From assembly GCF_009914755.1 (NCBI RefSeq), contig NC_060934.1: DNA of 64,000 nucleotides; one strand, given 5' to 3'. Source of the DNA: the human T2T-CHM13v2.0 reference genome, Homo sapiens. This document shows positions 48,201 to 61,780 of this stretch, piece after piece; within the stretch, counting starts at the first letter, position 1; each line of letters starts with the position of its first letter. The notes beneath the pieces are model-generated. The model saw only the letters and a list, made by a program, of their open reading frames with translations. It did no database searches and was not told the origin of the DNA. The position numbers and the translations under genes are program-made.

Positions 48201-51200
48201 CTTCGTTGCAAACGGGATTTCTTCATACAACGCTAGACAGAAGAATTCTCAGTAACTTCTTTGTGTTGTGTGTATTCAACTCACAGAGTTGAACCTTTCT
48301 TTAGAGAGAGCAGAGTTGAAACACTCTGTTTTTGGAATTTGCAAGTGCAGATTTCAAGCGATTCTAGGCCTACGGCAGAAAAGGAAATATCTTCGTATAA
48401 AAACTACACAGAATCATTCTCAACAACTACTTTGTGATGTGTGCGTTCAACTCACAGAGTTTAACCTTTCTTTTCATAGAGCAGTTTGGAAACACTCTGT
48501 TTGTAAAGCCTGCAAGTGCTTTTTTGGACTTCATTGAGGCCTTCGTTGGAAACGGGATTTCTTCATATAATGCTAGACAGAAGAATTCTCAGTCACTTCT
48601 TTGTGTTGTGTGTATTCAAGTCACAGAGTTGAACCTTCCTTTAGACAGAGCAGTTTTGAAAAATTCTTTCTGTGGAATTTGCAAGTGGAGATTTCAAGCG
48701 ATTTGAGGCTAATCTTTGAAATGGAAATATCTTCGTGTAAAAACTACACAGAATCATTCTCAGAAACTGCTTTGTCATCTGTGCGTTCAGTTCACAGAGT
48801 TTCACCTTTCTCTTCATAGAGCAGTTTGGAAAGACTCTGTCTGTAAAGTCTGCAAGTGATTAGTTAGACCCCTTTGAGGCCTTCGTTGGAAGCGGGATTT
48901 CTCATTTACTGCTAGACAGAAGAATTCTCAGTAAATCCTTTGTGTTGTGTGTATTCAACTCACAGAGTGGAACCTTCCTTTATTCAGAGCAGTTTTGAAA
49001 CACTCTTTTTGTGGAATTTGCAAGTGGAGATTTCAAGCGATTTGACGCCAATCTTAGACATGGAAATATCTTCATATTAAAAGTACACAGAGTCATTCGT
49101 AGAAACTAGTTTGTGATGTGTGCCTTCAACTCACAGAGTTTAACCTTTCTTTTCATAGAGCAGTTGGGAAACACTCTATTTGTAAAGTCTGCAAGTGGAT
49201 ATTTGGACCTCTTTGAGGCCTTCGTTGGAAACGGGATTTCTTCATATAACGCTAGACAGAAGAATTCTCAGTAACTTCTTTGTGTTGTGTGTATTCAACT
49301 CACAGAGTTGAACCTTTCTTTAGAGGGAGCAGAGGTGAAACACTCTTTTTGTGGAATTTGCTAGTGTAGATTTCAAACGCTTCGAAGACAGTGATAGAAA
49401 AGGATATATCTTCGTATTAAAAGTAGACAAAATCATTCTCAGAAAACTCTTTGTGATGTGTGTGTTCAACTCACAGAGTTTAACCTTTCTTTAATCGAGC
49501 AGTTTGGAAATACACTCTTTGTAAGTCTGCAGGTGGATATTTGGCCCTCTTTGAGCCCTTCGTTGGAAACGGGATTTCCTCATATAATGCTAGACAGAAG
49601 AATTCTCAGTAACTTCTTTGTGTTGTTTGTATTCAACACACAGATTTGAACCTTCCTTTAGAGAGAGCAGATTTGAAACACTCTGTTTTTGGAATTTGCA
49701 AGTGCAGATTTCAAGCGCTTCTAGGCCTATGGCAGAAAAGGAAATATCTTCGTATAAAAACTACACAGAATCATTCTCAACAACTACTTTGTGATGTGTG
49801 CGTTCAACTCACAGAGGTTAACCTTTCTTTTCATAGAGCAGTTTGGAAACACTCTGTTTGTAAAGCCTGCAAGTGCTTTTTTGGACTTCATTGAGGCCTT
49901 CGTTGGAAACGGGATTTCTTCATATAATGCTAGACAGAAGAATTCTCAGTCACTTCTTTGTGTTGTGTGTATTCAAGTCACAGAGTTGAACCTTCCTTTA
50001 GACAGAGCAGTTTTGAAAAATTCTTTCTGTGGAGTTTGCAAGTGGAGATTTCAAGCGATTTGAGGCTAATCTTTGAAATGGAAATATCTTCGTGTAAAAA
50101 CTACACAGAATCATTCTCAGAAACTGCTTCGTCATCTGTGCGTTCAGTTCACAGAGTTTCACCTTTCTCTTCATAGAGCAGTTTGGAAAGACTCTGTCTG
50201 TAAAGTCTGCAAGTGATTAGTTAGACCCCTTTGAGGCCTTCGTTGGAAGCGGGATTTCTCATTTACTGCTAGACAGAAGAATTCTCAGTAAATCCTTTGT
50301 GTTGTGTGTATTCAACTGACAGAGTGGAACCTTCCTTTATTCAGAGCAGTTTTGAAAAACACTTTTTGTGGAATTTGCAAGTGGAGATTTCAAGCGATTT
50401 GACGCCAATCTTAGACATGGAAATATCTTCATATTAAAAGTACACAGAGTCATTCGTAGAAACTAGTTTGTGATGTGTGCCTTCAACTCACAGAGTTTAA
50501 CCTTTCTTTTCATAGAGCAGTTTGGAAACACTCTATTTGTAAAGTCTGCAAGTGGATATTTGGACCTCTTTGAGGCCTTCGTTGGAAACGGGATTTCTTC
50601 ATACAACGCTAGACAGAAGAATTCTCAGTAACTTCTTTGTGTTGTGTGTATTCAACTCACAGAGTTGAATCTTTCTTTAGAGAGAGCAGAGTTGAAACAC
50701 TCTGTTTTTGGAATTTGCAAGTGCAGATTTCAAGCGATTCTAGGCCTATGGCAGAAAAGGAAATATCTTCGTATAAAAACTACACAGAATCATTCTCAAC
50801 AACTACTTCGTGATGTGTGCGTTCAACTCACAGAGTTTAACCTTTCTTTTCATAGAGCAGTTTGGAAACACTCTGTTTGTAAAGCCTGCAAGTGCTTTTT
50901 TGGACTTCATTGAGGCCTTCGTTGGAAACGGGATTTCTTCATATAATGCTAGACAGAAGAATTCTCAGTCACTTCTTTGTGTTGTGTGTATTCAAGTCAC
51001 AGAGTTGAACCTTCCTTTAGACAGAGCAGTTTTGAAAAATTCTTTCTGTGGAGTTTGCAAGTGGAGATTTCCAGCGATTTGAGGCTAATCTTTGAAATGG
51101 AAATATCTTCGTGTAAAAACTACACAGAATCATTCTCAGAAACTGCTTTGTCATCTGTGCGTTCAGTTCACAGAGTTTCACCTTTCTCTTCATAGAGCAG

Positions 51201-54200
51201 TTTGGAAAGACTCTGTCTGTAAAGTCTGCAAGTGATTAGTTAGACCCCTTTGAGGCCTTCGTTGGAAGCGGGATTTCTCATTTACTGCTAGACAGAAGAA
51301 TTCTCAGTAAATCCTTTGTGTTGTGTGTATTCAACTCACAGAGTGGAACCTTCCTTTATTCAGAGCAGTTTTGAAAAACACTTTTTGTGGAATTTGCAAG
51401 TGGAGATTTCAAGCGATTTGACGCCAATCTTAGACATGGAAATATCTTCATATTAAAAGTACACAGAGTCATTCGTAGAAACTAGTTTGTGATGTGTGCC
51501 TTCAACTCACAGAGTTTAACCTTTCTTTTCATAGAGCAGTTTGGAAACACTCTATTTGTAAAGTCTGCAAGTGGATATTTGGACCTCTTTGAGGCCTTCG
51601 TTGGAAACGGGATTTCTTCATACAACGCTAGACAGAAGAATTCTCAGTAACTTCTTTGTGTTGTGTGTATTCAACTCACAGAGTTGAACCTTTCTTTAGA
51701 GAGAGCAGAGTTGAAACACTCTGTTTTTGGAATTTGCAAGTGCAGATTTCAAGCGATTCTAGGCCTATGGCAGAAAAGGAAATATCTTCGTATAAAAACT
51801 ACACAGAATCATTCTCAACAACTACTTTGTGATGTGTGCGTTCAACTCACAGAGTTTAACCTTTCTTTTCATAGAGCAGTTTGGAAACACTCTGTTTGTA
51901 AAGCCTGCAAGTGCTTTTTTGGACTTCATTGAGGCCTTCGTTGGAAACGGGATTTCTTCATATAATGCTAGACAGAAGAATTCTCAGTCACTTCTTTGTG
52001 TTGTGTGTATTCAAGTCACAGAGTTGAACCTTCCTTTAGACAGAGTAGTTTTGAAAAATTCTTTCTGTGGAGTTTGCAAGTGGAGATTTCAAGCGATTTG
52101 AGGCTAATCTTTGAAATGGAAATATCTTCGTGTAAAAACTACACAGAATCATTCTCAGAAACTGCTTTGTCATCTGTGCGTTCAGTTCACAGAGTTTCAC
52201 CTTTCTCTTCATAGAGCAGTTTGGAAAGACTCTGTCTGTAAAGTCTGCAAGTGATTAGTTAGACCCCTTTGAGGCCTTCGTTGGAAGCGGGATTTCTCAT
52301 TTACTGCTAGACAGAAGAATTCTCAGTAAATCCTTTGTGTTGTGTGTATTCAACTGACAGAGTGGAACCTTCCTTTATTCAGAGCAGTTTTGAAAAACAC
52401 TTTTTGTGGAATTTGCAAGTGGAGATTTCAAGCGATTTGACGCCAATCTTAGACATGGAAATATCTTCATATTAAAAGTACACAGAGTCATTCGTAGAAA
52501 CTAGTTTGTGATGTGTGCCTTCAACTCACAGAGTTTAACCTTTCTTTTCATAGAGCAGTTTGGAAACACTCTATTTGTAAAGTCTGCAAGTGGATATTTG
52601 GACCTCTTTGAGGCCTTCGTTGGAAACGGGATTTCTTCATACAACGCTAGACAGAAGAATTCTCAGTAACTTCTTTGTGTTGTGTGTATTCAACTCACAG
52701 AGTTGAACCTTTCTTTAGAGAGAGCAGAGTTGAAACACTCTGTTTTTGGAATTTGCAAGTGCAGATTTCAAGCGATTCTAGGCCTATGGCAGAAAAGGAA
52801 ATATCTTCGTATAAAAACTACACAGAATCATTCTCAAAAACTACTTTGTGATGTGTGCGTTCAACTCACAGAGTTTAACCTTTCTTTTCATAGAGCAGTT
52901 TGGAAACACTCTGTTAGTAAAGCCAGCAAGTGCTTTTTTGGACTTCATTGAGGCCTTCGTTGGAAACGGGATTTCTTCATATAATGCTAGACAGAAGAAT
53001 TCTCAGTCACTTCTTTGTGTTGTGTGTATTCAAGTCACAGAGTTGAACCTTCCTTTAGACAGAGCAGTTTTGAAAAATTCTTTCTGTGGAGTTTGCAAGG
53101 GGAGATTTCCAGCGATTTGAGGCTAATCTTTGAAATGGAAATATCTTCGTGTAAAAACTACACAGAATCATTCTCAGAAACTGCTTTGTCATCTGTGCGT
53201 TCAGTTCACAGAGTTTCACCTTTCTCTTCATAGAGCAGTTTGGAAAGACTCTGTCTGTAAAGTCTGCAAGTGATTAGTTAGACCCCTTTGAGGCCTTCGT
53301 TGGAAGCGGGATTTCTCATTTACTGCTAGACAGAAGAATTCTCAGTAAATCCTTTGTGTTGTGTGTATTCAACTCACAGAGTGGAACCTTCCTTTATTCA
53401 GAGCAGTTTTGAAACACTCTTTTTGTGGAATTTGCAAGTGGAGATTTCAAGCGATTTGACGCCAATCTTAGACATGGAAATATCTTCATATTAAAAGTAC
53501 ACAGAGTCATTCGTAGAAACTAGTTTGTGATGTGTGCCTTCAACTCACAGAGTTTAACCTTTCTTTTCATAGAGCAGTTGGGAAACACTCTATTTGTAAA
53601 GTCTGCAAGTGGATATTTGGACCTCTTTGAGGCCTTCGTTGGAAACGGGATTTCTTCATATAACGCTAGACAGAAGAATTCTCAGTAACTTCTTTGTGTT
53701 GTGTGTATTCAACTCACAGAGTTGAACCTTTCTTTAGAGGGAGCAGAGGTGAAACACTCTTTTTGTGGAATTTGCTAGTGTAGATTTCAAACGCTTCGAA
53801 GACAGTGATAGAAAAGGATATATCTTCGTATTAAAAGTAGACAAAATCATTCTCAGAAAACTCTTTGTGATGTGTGTGTTCAACTCACAGAGTTTAACCT
53901 TTCTTTAATCGAGCAGTTTGGAAATACACTCTTTGTAAGTCTGCAGGTGGATATTTGGCCCTCTTTGAGCCCTTCGTTGGAAACGGGATTTCCTCATATA
54001 ATGCTAGACAGAAGAATTCTCAGTAACTTCTTTGTGTTGTTTGTATTCAACACACAGATTTGAACCTTCCTTTAGAGAGAGCAGATTTGAAACACTCTGT
54101 TTTTGGAATTTGCAAGTGCAGATTTCAAGCGCTTCTAGGCCTATGGCAGAAAAGGAAATATCTTCGTATAAAAACTACACAGAATCATTCTCAACAACTA

Positions 54201-56349
54201 CTTTGTGATGTGTGCGTTCAACTCACAGAGGTTAACCTTTCTTTTCATAGAGCAGTTTGGAAACACTCTGTTTGTAAAGCCTGCAAGTGCTTTTTTGGAC
54301 TTCATTGAGGCCTTCGTTGGAAACGGGATTTCTTCATATAATGCTAGACAGAAGAATTCTCAGTCACTTCTTTGTGTTGTGTGTATTCAAGTCACAGAGT
54401 TGAACCTTCCTTTAGACAGAGCAGTTTTGAAAAATTCTTTCTGTGGAGTTTGCAAGTGGAGATTTCAAGCGATTTGAGGCTAATCTTTGAAATGGAAATA
54501 TCTTCGTGTAAAAACTACACAGAATCATTCTCAGAAACTGCTTTGTCATCTGTGCGTTCAGTTCACAGAGTTTCACCTTTCTCTTCATAGAGCAGTTTGG
54601 AAAGACTCTGTCTGTAAAGTCTGCAAGTGATTAGTTAGACCCCTTTGAGGCCTTCGTTGGAAGCGGGATTTCTCATTTACTGCTAGACAGAAGAATTCTC
54701 AGTAAATCCTTTGTGTTGTGTGTATTCAACTCACAGAGTGGAACCTTCCTTTATTCAGAGCAGTTTTGAAAAACACTTTTTGTGGAATTTGCAAGTGGAG
54801 ATTTCAAGCGATTTGACGCCAATCTTAGACATGGAAATATCTTCATATTAAAAGTACACAGAGTCATTCGTAGAAACTAGTTTGTGATGTGTGCCTTCAA
54901 CTCACAGAGTTTAACCTTTCTTTTCATAGAGCAGTTTGGAAACACTCTATTTGTAAAGTCTGCAAGTGGATATTTGGACCTCTTTGAGGCCTTCGTTGGA
55001 AACGGGATTTCTTCATACAACGCTAGACAGAAGAATTCTCAGTAACTTCTTTGTGTTGTGTGTATTCAACTCACAGAGTTGAACCTTTCTTTAGAGAGAG
55101 CAGAGTTGAAACACTCTGTTTTTGGAATTTGCAAGTGCAGATTTCAAGCGATTCTAGGCCTATGGCAGAAAAGGAAATATCTTCGTATAAAAACTACACA
55201 GAATCATTCTCAACAACTACTTTGTGATGTGTGCGTTCAACTCACAGAGTTTAACCTTTCTTTTCATAGAGCAGTTTGGAAACACTCTGTTTGTAAAGCC
55301 TGCAAGTGCTTTTTTGGACTTCATTGAGGCCTTCGTTGGAAACGGGATTTCTTCATATAATGCTAGACAGAAGAATTCTCAGTCACTTCTTTGTGTTGTG
55401 TGTATTCAAGTCACAGAGTTGAACCTTCCTTTAGACAGAGCAGTTTTGAAAAATTCTTTCTGTGGAGTTTGCAAGTGGAGATTTCAAGCGATTTGAGGCT
55501 AATCTTTGAAATGGAAATATCTTCGTGTAAAAACTACACAGAATCATTCTCAGAAACTGCTTTGTCATCTGTGCGTTCAGTTCACAGAGTTTCACCTTTC
55601 TCTTCATAGAGCAGTTTGGAAAGACTCTGTCTGTAAAGTCTGCAAGTGATTAGTTAGACCCCTTTGAGGCCTTCGTTGGAAGCGGGATTTCTCATTTACT
55701 GCTAGACAGAAGAATTCTCAGTAAATCCTTTGTGTTGTGTGTATTCAACTGACAGAGTGGAACCTTCCTTTATTCAGAGCAGTTTTGAAAAACACTTTTT
55801 GTGGAATTTGCAAGTGGAGATTTCAAGCGATTTGACGCCAATCTTAGACATGGAAATATCTTCATATTAAAAGTACACAGAGTCATTCGTAGAAACTAGT
55901 TTGTGATGTGTGCCTTCAACTCACAGAGTTTAACCTTTCTTTTCATAGAGCAGTTTGGAAACACTCTATTTGTAAAGTCTGCAAGTGGATATTTGGACCT
56001 CTTTGAGGCCTTCGTTGGAAACGGGATTTCTTCATACAACGCTAGACAGAAGAATTCTCAGTAACTTCTTTGTGTTGTGTGTATTCAACTCACAGAGTTG
56101 AACCTTTCTTTAGAGAGAGCAGAGTTGAAACACTCTGTTTTTGGAATTTGCAAGTGCAGATTTCAAGCGATTCTAGGCCTATGGCAGAAAAGGAAATATC
56201 TTCGTATAAAAACTACACAGAATCATTCTCAACAACTACTTTGTGATGTGTGCGTTCAACTCACAGAGTTTAACCTTTCTTTTCATAGAGCAGTTTGGAA
56301 ACACTCTGTTAGTAAAGCCAGCAAGTGCTTTTTTGGACTTCATTGAGGC

Positions 56350-57708
56350 CTTCGTTGGAAACGGGATTTCTTCATATAATGCTAGACAGAAGAATTCTCA
56401 GTCACTTCTTTGTGTTGTGTGTATTCAAGTCACAGAGTTGAACCTTCCTTTAGACAGAGCAGTTTTGAAAAATTCTTTCTGTGGAGTTTGCAAGGGGAGA
56501 TTTCCAGCGATTTGAGGCTAATCTTTGAAATGGAAATATCTTCGTGTAAAAACTACACAGAATCATTCTCAGAAACTGCTTTGTCATCTGTGCGTTCAGT
56601 TCACAGAGTTTCACCTTTCTCTTCATAGAGCAGTTTGGAAAGACTCTGTCTGTAAAGTCTGCAAGTGATTAGTTAGACCCCTTTGAGGCCTTCGTTGGAA
56701 GCGGGATTTCTCATTTACTGCTAGACAGAAGAATTCTCAGTAAATCCTTTGTGTTGTGTGTATTCAACTCACAGAGTGGAACCTTCCTTTATTCAGAGCA
56801 GTTTTGAAACACTCTTTTTGTGGAATTTGCAAGTGGAGATTTCAAGCGATTTGACGCCAATCTTAGACATGGAAATATCTTCATATTAAAAGTACACAGA
56901 GTCATTCGTAGAAACTAGTTTGTGATGTGTGCCTTCAACTCACAGAGTTTAACCTTTCTTTTCATAGAGCAGTTGGGAAACACTCTATTTGTAAAGTCTG
57001 CAAGTGGATATTTGGACCTCTTTGAGGCCTTCGTTGGAAACGGGATTTCTTCATATAACGCTAGACAGAAGAATTCTCAGTAACTTCTTTGTGTTGTGTG
57101 TATTCAACTCACAGAGTTGAACCTTTCTTTAGAGGGAGCAGAGGTGAAACACTCTTTTTGTGGAATTTGCTAGTGTAGATTTCAAACGCTTCGAAGACAG
57201 TGATAGAAAAGGATATATCTTCGTATTAAAAGTAGACAAAATCATTCTCAGAAAACTCTTTGTGATGTGTGTGTTCAACTCACAGAGTTTAACCTTTCTT
57301 TTCATAGAGCAGTTTGGAAACACTCTGTTTGTAAAGCCTGCAAGTGCTTTTTTGGACTTCATTGAGGCCTTCGTTGGAAACGGGATTTCTGCATACAACG
57401 CTAGAGAGAAGAATTCTCAGTAACTTCTTTGTGTTGTGTGTATTCAACTCACAGAGTTGAACGGTTCTTTAGAGAGAACAGAGTTGAAACACTCTGTTTT
57501 TGGAATTTGCAAGTGCAGATTTCAAGCGATTCTAGGCCTATGGCAGAAAAGGAAATATCTTCGTATAAAAACTACACAGAATCATTCTCAACAACTACTT
57601 TGTGATGTGTGCCTTCAACTCACAGAGTTTAACCTTTCTTTTCATAGAGCAGTTTGGAAACACTCTGTTTGTAAAGCCTGCAAGTGCTTTTTTGGACTTC
57701 ATTGAGGC
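56350..57708 (+). repeat. Non-canonical 8-mer AB(C/D')E (1359 bp)
   Basis: The dimer at 57029 is C up to ~57272 and D from ~57301. It is followed by E at 57369. Confidence 0.9.
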
Positions 57709-60700
57709 CTTCGTTGGAAACGGGATTTCTTCATATAATGCTAGACAGAAGAATTCTCAGTCACTTCTTTGTGTTGTGTGTATTCAAGTCACAGAGTTGA
57801 ACCTTCCTTTAGACAGAGCAGTTTTGAAAAATTCTTTCTGTGGAGTTTGCAAGTGGAGATTTCAAGCGATTTGAGGCTAATCTTTGAAATGGAAATATCT
57901 TCGTGTAAAAACTACACAGAATGATTCTCAGAAACTGCTTTGTCATCTGTGCGTTCAGTTCACAGAGTTTCACCTTTCTCTTCATAGAGCAGTTTGGAAA
58001 GACTCTGTCTGTAAAGTCTGCAAGTGATTAGTTAGACCCCTTTGAGGCCTTCGTTGGAAGCGGGATTTCTCATTTACTGCTAGACAGAAGAATTCTCAGT
58101 AAATCCTTTGTGTTGTGTGTATTCAACTGACAGAGTGGAACCTTCCTTTATTCAGAGCAGTTTTGAAAAACACTTTTTGTGGAATTTGCAAGTGGAGATT
58201 TCAAGCGATTTGACGGCAATCTTAGACATGGAAATATCTTCATATTAAAAGTACACAGAGTCATTCGTAGAAACTAGTTTGTGATGTGTGCCTTCAACTC
58301 ACAGAGTTTAACCTTTCTTTTCATAGAGCAGTTTGGAAACACTCTATTTGTAAAGTCTGCAAGTGGATATTTGGACCTCTTTGAGGCCTTCGTTGGAAAC
58401 GGGATTTCTTCATACAACGCTAGACAGAAGAATTCTCAGTAATTCTTTGTGTTGTGTGTATTCAACTCACAGAGTTGAACCTTTCTTTAGAGAGAGCAGA
58501 GTTGAAACACTCTGTTTTTGGAATTTGCAAGTGCAGATTTCAAGCGATTCTAGGCCTACGGCAGAAAAGGAAATATCTTCGTATAAAAACTACACAGAAT
58601 CATTCTCAACAACTACTTTGTGATGTGTGCGTTCAACTCACAGAGTTTAACCTTTCTTTTCATAGAGCAGTTTGGAAACACTCTGTTTGTAAAGCCTGCA
58701 AGTGCTTTTTTGGACTTCATTGAGGCCTTCGTTGGAAACGGGATTTCTTCATATAATGCTAGACAGAAGAATTCTCAGTCACTTCTTTGTGTTGTGTGTA
58801 TTCAAGTCACAGAATTGAACCTTCCTTTAGACAGAGCAGTTTTGAAAAATTCTTTCTGTGTAATTTGCAAGTGGAGATTTCAAGCGATTTGAGGCTAATC
58901 TTTGAAATGGAAATATCTTCGTGTAAAAACTACACAAAATCATTCTCAGAAACTGCTTTGTCATCTGTGCGTTCAGTTCACAGAGTTTCACCTTTCTCTT
59001 CATAGAGCAGTTTGGAAAGACTCTGTCTGTAAAGTCTGCAAGTGATTAGTTAGAACCCTTTGAGGCCTTCGTTGGAAGCGGGATTTCTCATTTACTGCTA
59101 GACAGAAGAATTCTCAGTAAATCCTTTGTGTTGTGTGTATTCAACTCACAGAGTGGAACCTTCCTTTATTCAGAGCAGTTTTGAAACACTCTTTTTGTGG
59201 AATTTGCAAGTGGAGATTTCAAGCGATTTGACGCCAATCTTAGACATGGAAATATCTTCATATTAAAAGTACACAGAGTCATTCGTAGAAACTAGTTTGT
59301 GATGTGTGCCTTCAACTCACAGAGTTTAACCTTTCTTTTCATAGAGCAGTTGGGAAACACTCTATTTGTAAAGTCTGCAAGTGGATATTTGGACCTCTTT
59401 GAGGCCTTCGTTGGAAACGGGATTTCTTCATATAACGCTAGACAGAAGAATTCTCAGTAACTTCTTTGTGTTGTGTGTATTCAACTCACAGAGTTGAACC
59501 TTTCTTTAGAGGGGGCAGAGGTGAAACACTCTTTTTGTGGAATTTGCTAGTGTAGATTTCAAACGCTTCGAAGACAGTGATAGAAAAGGATATATCTTCG
59601 TATTAAAAGTAGACAAAATCATTCTCAGAAAACTCTTTGTGATGTGTGTGTTCAACTCACAGAGTTTAACCTTTCTTTAATCGAGCAGTTTGGAAATACA
59701 CTCTTTGTAAGTCTGCAGGTGGATATTTGGCCCTCTTTGAGCCCTTCGTTGGAAACGGGATTTCCTCATATAATGCTAGACAGAAGAATTCTCAGTAACT
59801 TCTTTGTGTTGTTTGTATTCAACACACAGATTTGAACCTTCCTTTAGAGAGAGCAGATTTGAAACACTCTGTTTTTGGAATTTGCAAGTGCAGATTTCAA
59901 GCGCTTCTAGGCCTATGGCAGAAAAGGAAATATCTTCGTATAAAAACTACACAGAATCATTCTCAACAACTACTTTGTGATGTGTGCGTTCAACTCACAG
60001 AGGTTAACCTTTCTTTTCATAGAGCAGTTTGGAAACACTCTGTTTGTAAAGCCTGCAAGTGCTTTTTTGGACTTCAATGAGGCCTTCGTTGGAAACGGGA
60101 TTTCTTCATACAACGCTAGACAGAAGAATTCTCAGTAACTTCTTTGTGTTGTGTGTATTCAACTCACAGAGTTGAACCTTTCTTTAGAGAGAACAGAGTT
60201 GAAACACTCTGTTTTTGGAATTTGCAAGTGCAGATTTCAAGCGATTCTAGGCCTATGGCAGAAAAGGAAATATCTTCGTATAAAAACTACACAGAATCAT
60301 TCTCAACAACTACTTTGTGATGTGTGCGTTCAACTCACAAAGTTTAACCTTTCTTTTCATAGAGCAGTTTGGAAACACCCTGTTTGTAATGCCTGCAAGT
60401 GCTTTTTTGGACTTCATTGAGGCCTTCGTTGGAAACGGGATTTCTTCATATAATGCTAGACAGAAGAATTCTCAGTCACTTCTTTGTGTTGTGTGTATTC
60501 AAGTCACAGAGTTGAACCTTCCCTTAGACAGAGCAGTTTTGAAAAATTCTTTCTGTGGAATTTGCAAGTGGAGATTTCAAGCGATTTGAGGCTAATCTTT
60601 GAAATGGAAATATCTTCGTGTAAAAACTACACAGAATCATTCTCAGAAACTGCTTTGTCTTCTGGGCGTTCAGTTCACAGAGTTTCACCTTTCTCTTCAT

Positions 60701-61780
60701 AGAGCAGTTTGGAAAGACTCTGTCTGTAAAGTCTGCAAGTGATTAGTTAGACCCCTTTGAGGCCTTCGTTGGAAGCGGGATTTCTCATTTACTGCTAGAC
60801 AGAAGAATTCTCAGTAAATCCTTTGTGTTGTGTGTATTCAACTCACAGAGTGGAACCTTCCTTTATTCAGAGCAGTTTTGAAACACTCTTTTTGTGGAAT
60901 TTGCAAGTGGAGATTTCAAGCGATTTGACGCCAATCTTAGACATGGAAATATCTTCATATTAAAAGTACACAGAATCATTCGTAGAAACTAGTTTGTGAT
61001 GTGTGCCTTCAACTCACAGAGTTTAACCTTTCTTTTCATAGAGCAGTTCGGAAACATTCTATTTGTAAAGTCTGCAAGTGGATATTTGGACCTCTTTGAG
61101 GCCTTCGTTGGAAAAGGGATTTCTTCATATAACGCTAGACAGAAGAATTCTCAGTAACTTCTTTGTGTTGTGTGTATTCAACTCACAGAGTTGAACCTTT
61201 CTTTAGAGAGAGCAGAGTTGAAACACTCTTTTTGTGGAATTTGCTAGTGCAGATTTCAAACGCTTCGAAGACAGTGATAGAAAAGGATATATCTTCGTAT
61301 TAAAAGTAGACAAAATCATTCTCAGAAAACACTTTGTGATGTGTGTGTTCAACTCACAGAGTTTAACCTTTCTTTAATCGAGCAGTTTGGAAATACACTC
61401 TTTGTAAGTCTGCAGGTGGATAATTGGCCCTCTTTGAGCCCTTCATTGGAAACGGGATTTCCTCATATAATGCTAGACAGAAGAATTCTCAGTAACTTCT
61501 TTGTGTTGTTTGTATTCAACTCACAGATTTGAACCTTCCTTTAGAGAGAGCAGATTTGAAACACTCTGTTTTTGGAATTTGCAAGGGCAGATTTCAAGCG
61601 CTTCTAGGCCTATGGCAGAAAAGGAAATATCTTCGTATAAAAACTACACAGAATCATTCTCAACAACTACTTTGTGATGTGTGCGTTCAACTCACAGAGT
61701 TTAACCTTTCTTTTCATAGAGCAGTTTGGAAACACTCTGTTTGTAAAGCCTGCAAGTGCTTTTTTGGACTTCATTGAGGC

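Noticed and set aside
57129-57423. Unique ORFs on both strands near 57.1-57.4 kb, suggesting inserted foreign sequence
   Set aside because: Fully explained by the C/D hybrid junction and nearby point changes. No non-alphoid bases are present.
58363-58623. Unique 86-aa ORF
   Set aside because: Created by the 1-bp deletion near 58443, which shifts satellite reading frames.
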